Shown here piece after piece: positions 38,701 to 51,700 of a stretch of 64,000 nt of DNA (positions are counted from its first letter, which is position 1; each line of letters starts with the position of its first letter). The translations under genes and the position numbers were made by a program. Under the pieces are notes generated by a model. That model saw only the letters and a program-made list of their open reading frames with translations. It was not told the DNA's origin and did no database searches. Origin of the DNA: Acholeplasmatales bacterium (GTDB taxonomy: Bacteria > Bacillota_I > Bacilli_A > Acholeplasmatales > JAEDCM01); NCBI GenBank assembly GCA_017961685.1, contig JAGCWW010000084.1, positions 8,450-72,449 of the forward strand. The letters run 5' to 3'.

Positions 38701-39702
38701 CTTGCTAATAGTAAAAATAGTACTACTACAGGTAGAAGAATTGCTAAACTTATTCTTGGGAATAAGGTTAAAAATCTTAAAATTAACAATAAAATTTTGG
38801 ATTTATTCCCGCAAAATCTTATCTTTGTAGATGAAAATATTGGATATAATGCTATAACAAATATTAGAAATAAAGCAATTCCTCTAGGAAATGGTTCTAG
38901 TATAATAATTCAACCAGGACAAGTTGTTGTTGGCAGAGAATGGTTTAATCTTCTTAATGGAACTATTGCTCAAAGAGAAGAAGCTGTTAGAAAACTTGTT
39001 CATGAAAGATTACATTTAATACTACACAGTAACGGAAACGAAAAATATATTGAACAAATAAGAGATATATTCAATGAATTTGTTGCTAAAAGTACAAATG
39101 AAAATCTTAATAAGTACAAGTTTAATGATACTGCTGAACAAGAAGCTAGATATCGGACTGATGGTAAACTCAATGAAGAAGGTTTTGAAGAGTTCTTAGT
39201 TGAAACTTTAACTTCTAAAGAACTTGCTGAAGAATTAAATAGTATTCAAGTAGAAGAAATAGTAGATAATAAACCTATTAAAAAGAGTCTTCTTCAAAAG
39301 ATTATGGAACGCCTTGCTAATATATTCGGTTGGAATATAAAAGAAGGTAGTCTTTATGAAAAAGAATTTAATGTTCTTAGAAATTTCTTTGAAGAAACTA
39401 AAACTGGAGAAGATATTACTACTGGTACACAAACTGCTACTCAACTAGAATTTAATTTTGATGAACCTGTTACTGAGAAAAAAATAGAACAAGAAGAAGA
39501 AATAAAAGAAACACCTACTGAAGAAAAGAAAGAAAATAGAAGAAGAAGGAGTAATTTCTCTAAATTGTATAGTTCTATTCAAGAAAGTCAATCAAATACC
39601 TTTGCAAATACTAGTTCTTTTATTAATAAATTACCTTTTAATCAACAAGCTGAAGTTATAGATAAACTAGATAAAGGTGAAATTCAAACAAGTTGTAGAT
39701 GA
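32800..39702 (+). CDS. giant virion protein with C-terminal HExxH zincin-like motif
   Basis: 2300 aa. HERLH is encoded at 39001-39015 (aa 2068-2072). It has a hydrophobic segment near aa 170-200 and a low-complexity S/T/Q/E linker near aa 1000-1050. Confidence 0.5.
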   Translation: MDIFSFLNNSGTIQVPNPNYKPKSKNNIEPPYITVPSIHTRPNAAVELAKESGFNQYSVTSSEVEKYRNYGLNWNPRDAANGSLDRQLAESQSASSKFMHALEQAIVSEVGIGTLKGISDLIDGIGQAIGASDHDYSNPVSRKLEEWQETFNNDIAPIYTTPGVDISNGGLLDAGWWASNIPSVMSSLTLLIPSTGVVKGVSYLGKLAKVGQGASKLGRITASSAKWAARATRLSKSAAAQKAYAGLRNLTELSSGTKATLGVMAENGVTALLSRTMENYQEARQTYDDMYEHASDAINKMKPEEYDNFLRRNAYFLEGVDTNNKDEVAKAVAKESADKTFAMDFANIGFDILQLYALRNMTFKGFRNQPSRASIRRKHLNSIKYAGMDDAEIAAKRAEMSFLEKSKDKLGDWFYGGRLAVGAQLSEGVEEAVNYVAQQEGMNLGHVMLGEIEDNTFARRLAEYAKAPGLWESAFWGTLGGIVFQELGSGFNRAQNAIAKYNDRKKYKEDAKTKEKVEKPTWKELWQTPELKRRIGDVEARNGDLQDFLNKLDMIENKSLNPYETDENGQARGISNNEKQMLKEKAYTDMLNKMTLRALDSGNFDLLKEYLSSDEIKQVIINSGAVSASDATRYQQDAIKNMEAIEKQYDANVITLNNLTKKLNTNRKEPIPVEYIQLIARNNIEHQLQIKDWEAQLAAWEIEGNEQQEQFRDKLDPNVNYKSAVRLVFLSNQLGELENQKRKLLADKKFINSVSGQQELDFLNNQIEAIRDMIYNLEPDNAVGNLLFTIQNALAYEKDDTGVARHNWTNADYLTFRTNIIELENTEDAATIERIDKYLAELDPRLAGVGKNDIMRHKLLDDNIRRAYDDNRGLTKISQDLHDTFFRIADLQTAIALERNQIKLTEDEVLNEVSAIHNFLNEARKKAIDDANATLAGLAKTYGSDVVRQALYDRYQNNTVKEDYFGTEGKAISDARTFNDALDILNLDSAANRNLFGYIDELLKLQDAISAAQGENSSTSEETISATQTEQADNTLSEQVESDTKQKEQIKPTIPQSETPLQKQSQTSQNGVITLKENGVEYATLIPNSDIDGSYTLNILNNNPSSLAYLNNEDFYTKDGVSLTEDYIISEKPVVRRNKDGSLTPVRKGLIIKASEDNIAKEEEKQVAQAEAEAASPSSTGGVVQTEIPIAPIPVATNVAATNEYVSNQTQSNADVVSGNAANEIGAEVRDALKKGSAIDWNNLRERMMNKYLPSAEDKADTERLIDTAIRSWKGIYERKISNKSNVVDDALVMNSSITEKTRTNKALLDDFYKAIDKLVEKYIKDVAADKSDGKYYVRVEDLLRYCNNATETQTTAQLLFNNLVEYMNSSDKYIVIDGNLSDAINKANQSARTRINQLSTRNGLYGINFEGFVSTLVGDDLKKVLDVVNNLNLGDKIAFTTTPSGIRFTVNDVMIGSLPIPKIGSKGEHWQYNDGWKTDILDVKGTKVSALKDLFKKWILNPDNNVDIQELNDIVIQAAFDKLEQSDLNNLAKQLLKNKEFLKAKKAGFVSDTAESYILLNGLAKLWGYTRQANGLTKEETTELRELSVDKWFDDEVAPSFDMAEALAAKDNGEVIVGKISEGELIRIDDEKDAIPVFDAIGEKHKGQIKIAAAEKIGKLSVAGKGINGQISLDYIGIAGGIGYGNSIVVIPSRSGNHGYVHAFPQPISSSQFTPKIKEIVAAVFAEIDRIGEEGTVDEIYDNLEKFITYLLNKPRNANTPLFRVLGEGISIYRDRATGEKLGFSIVYKKRNKDGSVVKHIVTITNKGRKDGKIYKRSGLTAFVDGTHISDNTKESINALEDFIKKRAVFNIGFNFINSDNNTSLQFNSLAYRDKDTGEFIIEIPNQGKFTFDSFNSFVIDNNLISLTTRPAPDGTNYRKGASVGNQAANQVLKVKLKVDTSTLVEEGNNEPPSATQTTVAKVLDILANSKNSTTTGRRIAKLILGNKVKNLKINNKILDLFPQNLIFVDENIGYNAITNIRNKAIPLGNGSSIIIQPGQVVVGREWFNLLNGTIAQREEAVRKLVHERLHLILHSNGNEKYIEQIRDIFNEFVAKSTNENLNKYKFNDTAEQEARYRTDGKLNEEGFEEFLVETLTSKELAEELNSIQVEEIVDNKPIKKSLLQKIMERLANIFGWNIKEGSLYEKEFNVLRNFFEETKTGEDITTGTQTATQLEFNFDEPVTEKKIEQEEEIKETPTEEKKENRRRRSNFSKLYSSIQESQSNTFANTSSFINKLPFNQQAEVIDKLDKGEIQTSCR
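33375..33388 (+). repeat. YnTACGn motif copy
   Basis: cccttcTACGGGGG, read as P-S-T-G-V. Confidence 0.9.
36230..36245 (-). repeat. YnTACGn motif copy
   Basis: CCCCCGTAaggaaagg, read as T-P-V-R-K-G. Confidence 0.9.
36325..36344 (+). repeat. YnTACGn motif copy
   Basis: tctccttcctcTACGGGGGG, read as S-P-S-S-T-G-G. Confidence 0.9.
38628..38646 (-). repeat. decayed YnTACGn motif copy
   Basis: ccaCCCTCGTAgaggaagg. The reverse complement is ccttcctcTACGAGGGtgg. Confidence 0.5.
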
Positions 39703-39720
39703 TTATAAATTATAAGTATT

Positions 39721-42700
39721 ATGGATTGTATTTTTTCTGTAGACATTTCAAAGTCTAAAGCACTACAAGCTCTTAAAGATTATTGTGGTGAAAATAGTGA
39801 ACAATTTTTAACGTATATTAATTCTGTAGTAAAGGAACAAGCTGCTGATGGCAGTCTTGTTCCTTCTGCTCATTTTGTAGAATGGTGGAAACAGCGTTTT
39901 AAAAATGAACCTAATTTTAATGCTGGTACTGGTTCTCAAATGAGAGATAGAATTATTAGATATTTTAAAGAAATAAAAGGAGATGTTGAAAGTACTTATA
40001 GAGATGGAGCAACCGCTCAAATACTTTCCACATATGGTTATACTTCTCCGTCTTCTAGAGATTTTTGTAAAAGAATTACAGCAAATTATGTATTAGATGC
40101 TTATAAAAAGAATAGATATATACTTATAAAAGACCCTCAAGTATATAAAGATATACAAGATGCAATAAAAGAACAAGGTGCTAAAACTTTTTATTTTAAT
40201 ATTGCCTTTGATAAACTTAGAGAAGAATTAGCTATAAGAATACTTAAAGCACAAGGTATAAGCAATCCATCAGATGATGACATAGATAATATTTTGGATA
40301 TTATAGAAGATGGTAATAGAAAGTATGTAGAAGATGCTTTAGGGGGTAAAAATATTTCTGTAGAAAATTCTAATCTTATTGCAGTAGTTTATGAATTTCA
40401 AACTTCTCCTGCTTCATTTGTAGAAGAAGTGTCTAGAGATAGTAGACTTTATAAAATATTTAATAAAGATGATGAGTTTGATGACAATAATCAGCCTGAT
40501 GCAGAAGGAGAAAATAATCCTGAAAATGAGGCTGATGAAGATAATGAAGATTTTCTGAATACTACTATTTCAATGTATGACCATACTGGTACATATACTA
40601 GTGCTATGATGCATGTTGATGGTGGTATTAGAGCATATTTAAGTAGTCTTAAGAAATTAAATAGTGGTGTTGGTCTAGATAAAAATCAACCAGATTTGGA
40701 TTTAAATAATCCTCTTGGTATTGCTGACACAATGAACACTGATGAATGTGTAACAATACTTTATCATTATGGCAACTATGACAATGTAGATTCTATGATA
40801 GAATCTATTAAAGCTATTGCTAATAATATTCCTGGATTTGCTGCTTTTCATCAGTTGGCTAAAGACCTTGAAGCTGATAGTGATATTGCTTATCAGTTTT
40901 ATACTACTTTTGGTAAAACAATTATTTCCAAAGTTGAAACTACTGTAAAGGGTTCGATAACAAGAACTAGAATAAGTAATAATCGTAGTAATAAACTTGA
41001 AGCGTTAGGTTTTGAGTTTATGAATTCTGTCAAAACTACAGCTATTGATACTGATTTAGATTTTGCTACAGATGAACTTGCTAATTTAAGAGATAGATTA
41101 AAAACTACTAAACAAGAAATTCTTAAATCTCTTGATAATAAATTTAGAAAAGCTGCTATTGCTGAACTTGCTAAACAACTTAGAAGATATTATCCTACTA
41201 TTTCTGATTATGCTGTAGAAAATTATATTAATAATCATAAGGAAAATGGCATTACTGTAGATGTTGATAAAAACTTTGGAAATCTTATAACTATTTTAGA
41301 AAATACTATAAAATATTCTGAAGGAACTAAAATAGAATATGAAAATAGACAATTAGATATAAATGAAGCTTATAATCATAATAGAAGTTTAGAAAGAAAA
41401 CAATTAGAAACAAATGCTTATGTTCCTGCTTCTGCGTTTATTGATTTAGCTCCATTATATGCCAAACCTTATATAACAAAAGAACAAAAAGGCACAGCTT
41501 TAGAATTAGCTAAAGCTTTAGTTGATTATAGTTTAGTTAGAGTAGAAAATAATTCTAGAACTATACATGGTAATCAATCTTCTGATGTTATAAATAATAG
41601 CTATATTACCAATATTCTCAAAACTTTACAAAATGATACATCTCTTGCAAATTATGGTAAATATAGAGCAAACTCTCATCAATATGATTTCAGTAGAATA
41701 ATGATTGAACATGTTGAAGATGGTGTTGTTGTTAATAAAGGTTTGTTTAGATATAATGATGATGGAGAACTAGTTCAAACAGAATATGCTAAAGACCTTC
41801 TCAAGATTAATCTTTTCAATGGAGCTTCTAATTTAGATACTGATACCAATGTAGCTTATAATCAAATGAGTCAAGGTGATTATATTGGTACAGGTTTTAT
41901 TAATTTCTTTAACGCAGAAGATAAAACCACTGCTAACTATTTTATGCGAGTTCCTTCTGATGCTCCAAGAAATTTTTCAATTAAAGCTCCAAGATATTCA
42001 ATAGCAGGATTATTCAGTATTGCTAATCAATCTGAAGTAACTGCTGCTAAATCTGCTATTCGTAAAAAGGTTACAGAAAAAGGTCTTGTTGAAGACGCAA
42101 TAGACTGGGGAGTAAATGATAAACCATTTGATATTTATTATAGTGATCAAGCTATTCGTCATATGACATCAGATGCTGGAGAAGTATCTGTTAAACTTCC
42201 TGACTTTGTAAAAGGAAATAAAAATTATAAAGAAGGTGAAGAAATAACTGTTAAGTTTAAGTATAAATCTGATAATGCTGAAGATAACCGAGATGTTTAT
42301 CTTATAAGAGGTACTGTCGAAAATGGAAGAATTGTTAATGGTACTTTCTTAGGCGTTATTGGAAATAATTTCTCTTCTGAATTATCTGACGCCTTCGATA
42401 GATATACTGATAGAACTCTAGAAAGACAAGGTATTATTAAATATGCAATAAATAGAAATCATTCTCTTTTTAAACAATTTAGAAATGCTTTCAAACAAGA
42501 ACTTCTTGATGCTGCTGTTGGTATAAATAAATTTTTTGTAACTAATGATGATGGTCTTGTTCAAAGATATTCTGAAAACGAAGCCAAAATGCTTGGTGTA
42601 GAAGAAAAGGCTATTAAATGGAAAGATGGTGTTTCTAAAAATGGAAGAGAAGTATCTGGAGCCTATGAAAATTATCATCATAAAAAAGGAAAAATTGTTG

Positions 42701-45700
42701 AAAAGAAAGAAGGTAAAGAAACATTAGTTGGTAATGTTTTCCATAGTGATAGATTTGTTATATTTGATAAAAATGATAATGAAGTAAGAAATTATGGAGA
42801 AGAGTTACTAGAAGAAGTATTTTCTCTCCTCTACGGGGGGGATGATAATACTTATTTGCATTTTACTAAAAATGCAGATGGTAGCGTAAAAAGAGTAAAT
42901 CTTACTGATACTCAACAAGAAGCGGTTGACAACAAAATTGAAGAATTTATTGTTAATTATATAGAACAAGGTTTCAATAGATTATCTAATGTTGAAGGTT
43001 CTTTAAAAGGTACTGAATTAACTCATAATACTGCTGCCGAATTTTTATTAAACTATCACATGATGTATATCAACTTCAATGACTTGTTTGAAGGTGATAC
43101 AAAGTTTTATGGTACTAGTAGAGATTTCTTAAAGCGTGCTAAAGAAGTACAAGGTAGTGGTGTACCTTATGGTCTTGTAGAATACAATGCTAATCTTGGA
43201 GCTGATAAAACTGAAGTTACAAGAAGTATTCTTACTGGCACTGTGTTTGCTAATGGATATAAAGTAAAACAATATAATAAGTTTAGTGCTGTAACTGTTG
43301 TCAATACAATTATGACAAATGAATCAGCTATTAAAACTTTAAGAAATAAACTTATTAAAGATTGTAAATTATCTGAAGAAGATGCAGATGGATTACTTGC
43401 AGGTTATACTCAAGGAACAAAAGTTAATGATGCTCAGTCTTATATTACTTTTGATGAATGGATTAGACGAATTGCTGCTCGTGGTCAACTTATGAGATAT
43501 AAACCTCTTATAGATAAAATTCTTAATGAAGAAGAACTTAATGCTGAAGAACTTTCAGAGTTTGTTCAAGTTCAAAAGAACTTCTATTATGACCAATATT
43601 ATGATAAGAATGCTGGAGTTTTAGTTCCTCGTCAAATTAAGAATGCTGAATTTGTACTTATTCCTCAACTTATTAAAGGTACAGAACTTGAAGCTGTGGC
43701 TGCTATAATGAATAAGTATGACATCGACCAACTTAATACTGTAGAAACAACTAAGGCAGGTAAAACTGATATTCTTGAAATATTTGATGCTAAAACAGGA
43801 GAAGTTAAACAAGACATTATTGATGAAGTAAATGGCAAGGGTATAAGTAGTTTTGGTAAAAAAGCTACTGCTGCTTCTGAATTATTTAGTTACAATTATT
43901 TGTATACTCAGCAAGAAACTCCCCAACATGTTAATACTGAGAATAAAGCTGGTATTCAAATAATGAAGAAAATACTTGATAATAGTACTCCTGATAGTAA
44001 ACTTTGGGAAACTAAACAAAGATTCTTTAGACTTTATTCTGCAAATATCAGAGATAGTTTCCAAAATCTTATGCAAGAATTGAATCTTGAAGTTGATGAA
44101 AATGGTAATTTAGTTCTTGAAGAAGATGCAGATGGAAATAAAACTATTAAAGGTTTAAATGTTGAGTTATTTTGTCAAAGACTTAAAGAAGAATGTATGC
44201 GTTTAGGTCTTGATAGCAATATGCTTGATTATGTAACTCTTGATGCAACTAGGATGGCAGAAAATGGTTTTAATACTATTATGCCAAACTATATGAGTAT
44301 GGTTTCTCAAAAACTTGAAAGTATTGCTCAAAGTTTGTTTAATAGTAGAATTACAAGACAAAAACTTCCAGGTTTCCATGCTGCTCAGATTACTAATGTA
44401 GGATTTAAAGCTCTTGCTTCGTCTAAAGAACAAGTTTCTTATTCTAAAGAATTAAAATATCATCAAGATGAAAATGGAAAGTATGTTCCTTATGTAGAAA
44501 TAATGCTTCCTGCTTCTGCTTTTGGATTTAAGAGAACTAACGAAGATGAAACTCTTAAGACAAAAGAAGAACTTCTTAAAGAACTTCAAGATGCAGGTCT
44601 TGATGAAATTATAGGTTATCGTATTCCTACTGAAGGTAAACAATCTGTTTGTAGAATGAAAGTTGTAGGCTTTATTGATGATGCTTATGGCTCTACAATA
44701 GTTGTTCCTAATGATTGGGTTACTCAAACAGGTTCTGACTTTGATATTGACTCTGTATATGGTATTCAGTTTGAAACTTATATTGACAAAGAAGGACATA
44801 TAAGAAAAACAGAAAAAATAGATGATTTAGAAATATTATATAAATCCTATGTTCTAAAACATCTTACTAAAGAAGAAAGAATTAAAGCTTTTGAAGACGC
44901 AAAAGCAGGAGAAGCAGTAATAAATGAAATAAAGAATAGAAATAAAGATGAAGATACTAATTATTTCAATAGAGAAAAGTTTATTGCTGAATTAAAACAA
45001 TATTCTACTGAAGCATTATTTGGTGTATTAGAAGATATTGCTGAAGAAAAAGGACTTAAAAGTTTTGAAGAATATTCTAAAGAAGATATTGATGAATTAA
45101 ATTCTCGTGCTTCTAGAAATAATGGAATTCTTCAATGTATGCTTGATATTCTTGGCAGTAATGAAGCTCTTGAAGAAAATCTTTCTCGTTCTAATTTTGA
45201 TGATATAACTAATGCTATTATCAAAAATATGAGTGCTAAAGCTAAATTAGAAAGAGAAAATCGTAGTGCTTATAATTTCTTAGACCAAGCAGCATATCAA
45301 GAAGATGCCATGAGTGGTGCTAGACTTAAAGGCTATAGTGTTACTCGTGATACATTCTGTTCTATTTGTAATACTGTTAGACCTACTATTTCTAAGCAGC
45401 ATCAAGTTAAAGTTGTTTATTCAACTGATATGATTTCTTATAACAAAGCTGTTGAAAGATTTGGAAAAGAAAATGTTGAAAAACAAGGTGATGATAAAAT
45501 TGTTATTACACATGATAGATTAGGTTGGACTAATGATAATAAAAATGTTGTAGGTAAGATTTTAACAGCTTATTCTTCTCAAACTACTGCTCATATTCTC
45601 GATGCTATCAAAGAAGGTGCTGTACCAAATGTAAATGAACTTACTTTTGCAGTATTTAAAATATTCCCAGATTTAGGTATTGACTATGATACTGCTGTTG

Positions 45701-48700
45701 CATTTATGATGCAAGACGGTGTTCGTAGAATTGTTGATGCTTATAATTCTACTAATTCTATTTATCAAGAAAGTAGAGGAAATTATATCAACAAAGCTAT
45801 TCGTGATATAGCTAGAGAATTAGGAATGAATATTTCTGGAGTTTCCAATATATTAGATGTTATATCTGCTCTACAAAAAAGATTTGGTGCTGATTTTGCT
45901 AAAATATTTGGAAAAGATGCAGAAATAACTCTTAATGATGATAAGATTGCTCAAACTGCTATAGATGGAGAACAACTTCAAGATGAAATATTAACCCCCC
46001 GTAGGGGAAAGGATAAACTTCTTTTTGATTTAGGAGTTATACTTCAATATTCTAAACTTAGTCATTTTGGAAATTCTATTACTGCTCTTACTAGAGTTTG
46101 TAATCCTGATAAGTTTGGTGCAAAACAAACAATCTTTGCAACAAATAAAATCTTTGATGACATAAAAGATATACTTAATAGTGATAATCCTATTCCTCTT
46201 GAAGTTAAAAGAACAAATTTCCTTGAAGCTATTTATCCTGATGTAGATAAAACTCTTGATGATTTTATTACAGCTCCTAGAAAAGAATCTGCTTATCCTT
46301 CTCTTTATAATTTCTTAAAATATGCTACTGCTACAAGTATTAAAATTAATAGAAGTTTGTTTACTACACAATCTCCTGAATTTATTAATGCTGTTCGTAG
46401 CATAGAAAGACTTTTAAGTGATAATGGTAAACTTACAGAGAAACAATATAAAGACATTGAGAAATACATCATTGGTCATCTTTATAATACTTGTCAAAGT
46501 ATTATGCGTCCTCTTACTTTCGCGGTCAATGGGGATATTGGGTTTGTACCTATTGCGTTAGAGAATGAAAATAGTCTTTCTCAGCAACAAATGTTTGATG
46601 AAGAACGTCGTCGTATATTTGGATATGGTGCTTCTCCAGAAATAAAACTTGAAGTTGCTAATGTACATGAGCCTACTCAAGATGAAGTTAATGCTTTTGC
46701 AAAGTTAACTCCTGCTCAAAAAGTTGCATACATTCAAGGACATTTTTCTAGTGCCGGTGTATTTAATTATATTCGTACAAATTTATTTAATGAGCGTGCA
46801 GCTAGAAGAACTGGAGCTAGTGGTCAAACTATTGAATTTATTGATACATTAGTAAATGTTGAAGATGTATATCAAGCTTTTGTTAATGCCTTTTCTAGTA
46901 CTAATCCTTTGGTAGCTTTAACTGCTTATGATGTTATTAAATATGCATTTGCTGTTGAAGGTTATAAACTTAAGAGAAATGGTGTTAGCAAAATGATTCC
47001 AAATAGTGTTCTTTATAATGACTTCGGAATATATGGAACAGGAATTGTTCAAGAATTAGATGGAAAAGTTCGTAATATTGGTAAAATATTGGCTGATGAT
47101 ATAGAAAAGATTCAAGAAGATTATATTAGAGGTCATAATATGTATCAAATTCCATCTATTAAAGTTCAAAAACCTAAAGGTAAAGGATATGAACTTGTTT
47201 CAAGAAGCAATGGTATTATTCAACTCGGAAAAGATGACGATAGTATTGCTATAGCTGAAAAGTATAGGATTGTTTATAGACGAGGACAAAACGAAGCTCC
47301 TACGGCAAATGCTTATGTTAGATTAACATTCGGCAAAAGAACTGCTCTGTATAAAATAGATGAAAGAAATAATTCATATTACTTATATCCTCTTAATAAT
47401 CTTGAAGAGAATGAACATGGAGAATTTAGTTCTAATGTAGGAAATAATGTATATCCAAAAGAAGATTATTATCTTAGAATTATTAATGAGTATGAATCTC
47501 AATTCTATGATTTTGATGCTAGTAAATTTAGAGAAATAGCAGATAAATATGATGTTGAAGAATTTAAAGCACCAAAAGAAGAAAAAGTTAAAATCAGTCA
47601 TGCTGCTAAAGAATTTAGTCTTGAACATCCAGCAGATAATATGATAGGTGCTGTTGATAAACTTAAGAAAGATGTACAAAGACATTTTGGCGATGAAGAA
47701 CTTAATAATCCTCTATATATTATAAATGCAGGTTTACATAATGCTATAACTCATCCTGGTTATGCTAATGGTACTACTAAATTATTTACAATTAACAAAG
47801 GAACTGCTAATGAAAGAGTTGTAAGACTTAATGTTTATGGTTTAGAGTATAGTATTCTTGAAAGACTTGCAAATAGGTATCTTGATAAAAATACAGGTAA
47901 ACAAATTAGTAAAGGCGATGAAAAATATACTAATATAATAAAATTCTTTAGAGATAATGGTATTGTTAATATTTCTAAAAATCATCCAACTGTTTTTGTA
48001 GTAAGACCTGCTGCTATTGAAGATGATGGTTTACGTAGGTCTAGTCTTGTTGAAACTGGTACTACTGCTTATAAAGCTATAAATCGTAGATTATCATCTG
48101 TTGAAGATGAAGCTGCAATTAACGCTAATCAAAGACTTAGAGATAAAGGTATTACAACTGATAAGAATTCTGTTGCTAATCATATTGATGAAGTAATTAG
48201 AACAACTGCTGAATATGTTGCAACTGTAACAGAAAAAACTGTTAATGGCCTTAAGTATTTTGCTGAAGACCCAAATGGTAATGGGTATTTATCTGTAACA
48301 GACCCTGGTGTAATTGATTTAATTAAAAACGATCCTGCTCTTATAAGAAAGTTCCTAAAGATTATTCTTGATGCTGAGGCTATTGTAAGTAATTTTAAGA
48401 CTATAAATGAACTTGATATTAAATCTCAAGACCCTGAACTTCAAAGATATCTTAATAAGATTAAAGAGTGTGTCAATGATTTACAAAATAATGCTTTAAT
48501 TCGTGGTGCTAAAGAATTATTTGCAAATAATTATCTTGCAAAGCTAAGTAGTGACCCTCTTATTCAACAAGATATTCTTAACATTCTTGATGGTTATCAT
48601 TCTACAAATTCATTTACTGCTTGGGTTAATGACTTACAAGAAACAACTAATCCGTTTATTCAAGTTTTAAGTAAACAAGTAATCGCTGATATTAGAGCTA

Positions 48701-51700
48701 AAGAATTTGAAGCTGTTCGTAGAGTTCGTGCTTGGCAATCATTTGTAAAAGGAATTAAAGCTAAAGCTGCTGCAGCAGGTAAAACTATAAATTGGGATAA
48801 TATCATTGATGAAGACGGTAGATTTATTCAAGAATATACTCAATCTTTAGTAGATGATATGAATCAAATGCGTGATGCTATTGCATCAGCTAAAGCTACT
48901 TATGGAGAAGGAAGTATTGAACACCTTGAAGCTCAACTTAAATACAATAAGTGGAAACTTGAACATATCAATCAAGAACTTGAAGATGACTATTATCGTA
49001 AGAGAATAGAACTTGATGAAGCTATGCTTCATGGTGTAAGAACTTCTTACATAGATGAAAGAACTGGAATGGTTGTTGAAAGTGAAGAACTTAGTGGAGG
49101 TTATCCAATAGTATTCACTGAATATAAGAAACTTGAAGCTAGACGTAGAGATATTTTAAGTCATGTAGTAAATGGAGTTCTTGATGATTATTGGAAACAA
49201 CAATTAGATGAAGTTAATAGTAAAATAAATGATTTAACTAATCAACTTTATCATGATCCTGTTACTGGTGATCTTATTAGTCGTACAGAATATGATAAAT
49301 ATTTAAATCCTGTTTCTGGTACCGAAGAAGAAAAACGACAAAAACTTCTATATTCTGCTGCTAGTCAAAGAGCTATCGCTAAATACATAAAAGATGTAAG
49401 AGAACTTAATACTGAATATTATGGTTATGATGTAGAATTTGGTTTTGAAGAGGAACTTCAGAGAAATCTTCATATAGTTGAAAGCTATGAGAAGCGTGAT
49501 GCTAATGGAAACATTAGTACTCCTATGAACTTACTTATGGAAAATGATGAGTATGTTCGTGCTAAAGAATGGCTTGCTTCTAACGCTAGATTTGTTGTAT
49601 CTCTTGCTGATGATTCAGAACTTGCTAGAAAACTTAATGAGGCTTATAATGTATTAAGAAGAAGTGATAATACTAAAGAAAATTCTTATGGTCTTGTTAT
49701 AGCTAGAAAAGCTAAAGACAGAAATGCTTATGATAATCGTGGTGTAATAGACGGTACAAAGTTTACAGATGACGATATAAAAGCTATCAAAGCTGACCAA
49801 CAAGCAGCATATAGTTTCAGAGAAGATGCTCCATTCTCGGATAAGGGACTTATAAGCAATGCTTCTCCTACGGGGGAGATATATACATCTGAGTTCTACA
49901 AAGGTATGACTTCTAATGGTACTTCTAATCCAGAATGGATTAAAAAAGTACATGAAATAAATGAACTTCTTGCTCCATACTATGATAATGGTACTAAAAC
50001 TATTAGATTTGACCTTATACCAAACACTGACGAGGGCAGAGCTGTTTATACTAAACTTGAACAACTTTATAAGGATTTAGCCGAAATTAAGAAAACAGTT
50101 GATGGAGATAATGGTAAAGAAATTGCACAATTTATTGAAAAGAACGTTGATTTTAACATCGATAAAGATGAATTTAATAAACAAAAAAGTCTTGCTGAAG
50201 AAAAAGGTAAACTATATTATAGTTTCTGGGTTAAAGCTAATATGGAAATAGTTGATGATGAAGCTGTTCCAAATCATTATATTTATGGTTACACTACACC
50301 TAAAGCAGAAATTAAAGAAAAGTATTTAGATAAGAAAAAGACTGAAGCTCTTCAACTTATTAATAAAATTTATACTACAGTACCTACGGAATACTATTAT
50401 CAAAAAGTTCAAGAAGTTAAACAACAAGGCAAAGAAGCTTATGATAAATGGTATCATGAAAATCATATTTATAATCCATATACTCATACTTATGAACCTC
50501 TTCGTTGTTGGACTAAAAGAACATTCAGAGATACTTCTTCTGCTGTAGGTAAATGGGAAGCTGCAATGAGTAAAAGAACTAGAAAAGCAAAACAAGAATA
50601 TATTAATCCTAATTATAAACCTGAAGTAGGTAATGCTCTTAATTATAAGAAAGGTAGTGGATATGATAATTCTAGAATAAACGATGCAAATGAATTTGAA
50701 AATGAACTTAAACTAGAAATGCAAAAACTTCTTTCTGACCTTGTTAAAACTAAATTTGGAAGAAGATTTATTGATAAAGGTTATCTTCCTGTTAGACGTA
50801 AAGCAGAAGAGCATGATGCTAAGTTTTGGGGAAAAGAACTTCTTAAAACTATCGGTTGGGTTGAAGGACATTCTGGTGAAGAACCTTTCTATGAGGATTT
50901 AGATTATGCTAGAGATAAAACTATTTCAATGCCTATGCTTTCTCTTATTGGTCAAAAAACTCTTGAAAGTTTAAATATAAAAGAACCAAAACGAGAAGAA
51001 TATAATACTGACGCTGAGTATGCAGCTGCTGTAGATAAGTATAATAAAGATGTTGCAGAACTTAAAGAAAATAATAAGCAAGCACATCAGGATGCTATTG
51101 ATAGAAATTGGGAAGAAGTTATAAAAGATTTTATTCTTCAAGCTTCTCATTTCAATGCAGTTCAAGATAACAAATATATGCTATTCTATGGAAAGTCTAT
51201 GCTTGAGAATATGGGTGTTTATCAAAGAAGATATGGTTTCTTTGGAGATTATAAGAAAGACTATATAAATTCTGATGATACTACAACTGAATATATCAAG
51301 CGTAAAGATGAAAATCTTCTTAAACAATATGAAAATTGGATTCGTAGAATAGTTTATGACCAGTGGAAAGAGTCTAATGGAATGTTTACTAAATGGGCTT
51401 CTAGACTTCAAAGTATAACATCTGCTCAATACATGATGATGAATATTAGAGGTGGTATTGCTAATGTTACTTTAGGTGAAACTAACATTCTTGCTGAAGC
51501 TTTTGCTAAAGAATACTTTGGAACAAAAGATTGGCTTGCAGGTAAATCATATTGGATGGCTGGTATTCCAAGTTATTTTGCTAATGCACATAAACCAATT
51601 TCTACTAGTGTTGCAGACGCTATTATTAAATTCTTTAATGTAGTTGACTTTGATGAACTTACTGGTAAATCTAGAATTATAGAGAATCCTGTTAGTGAAG

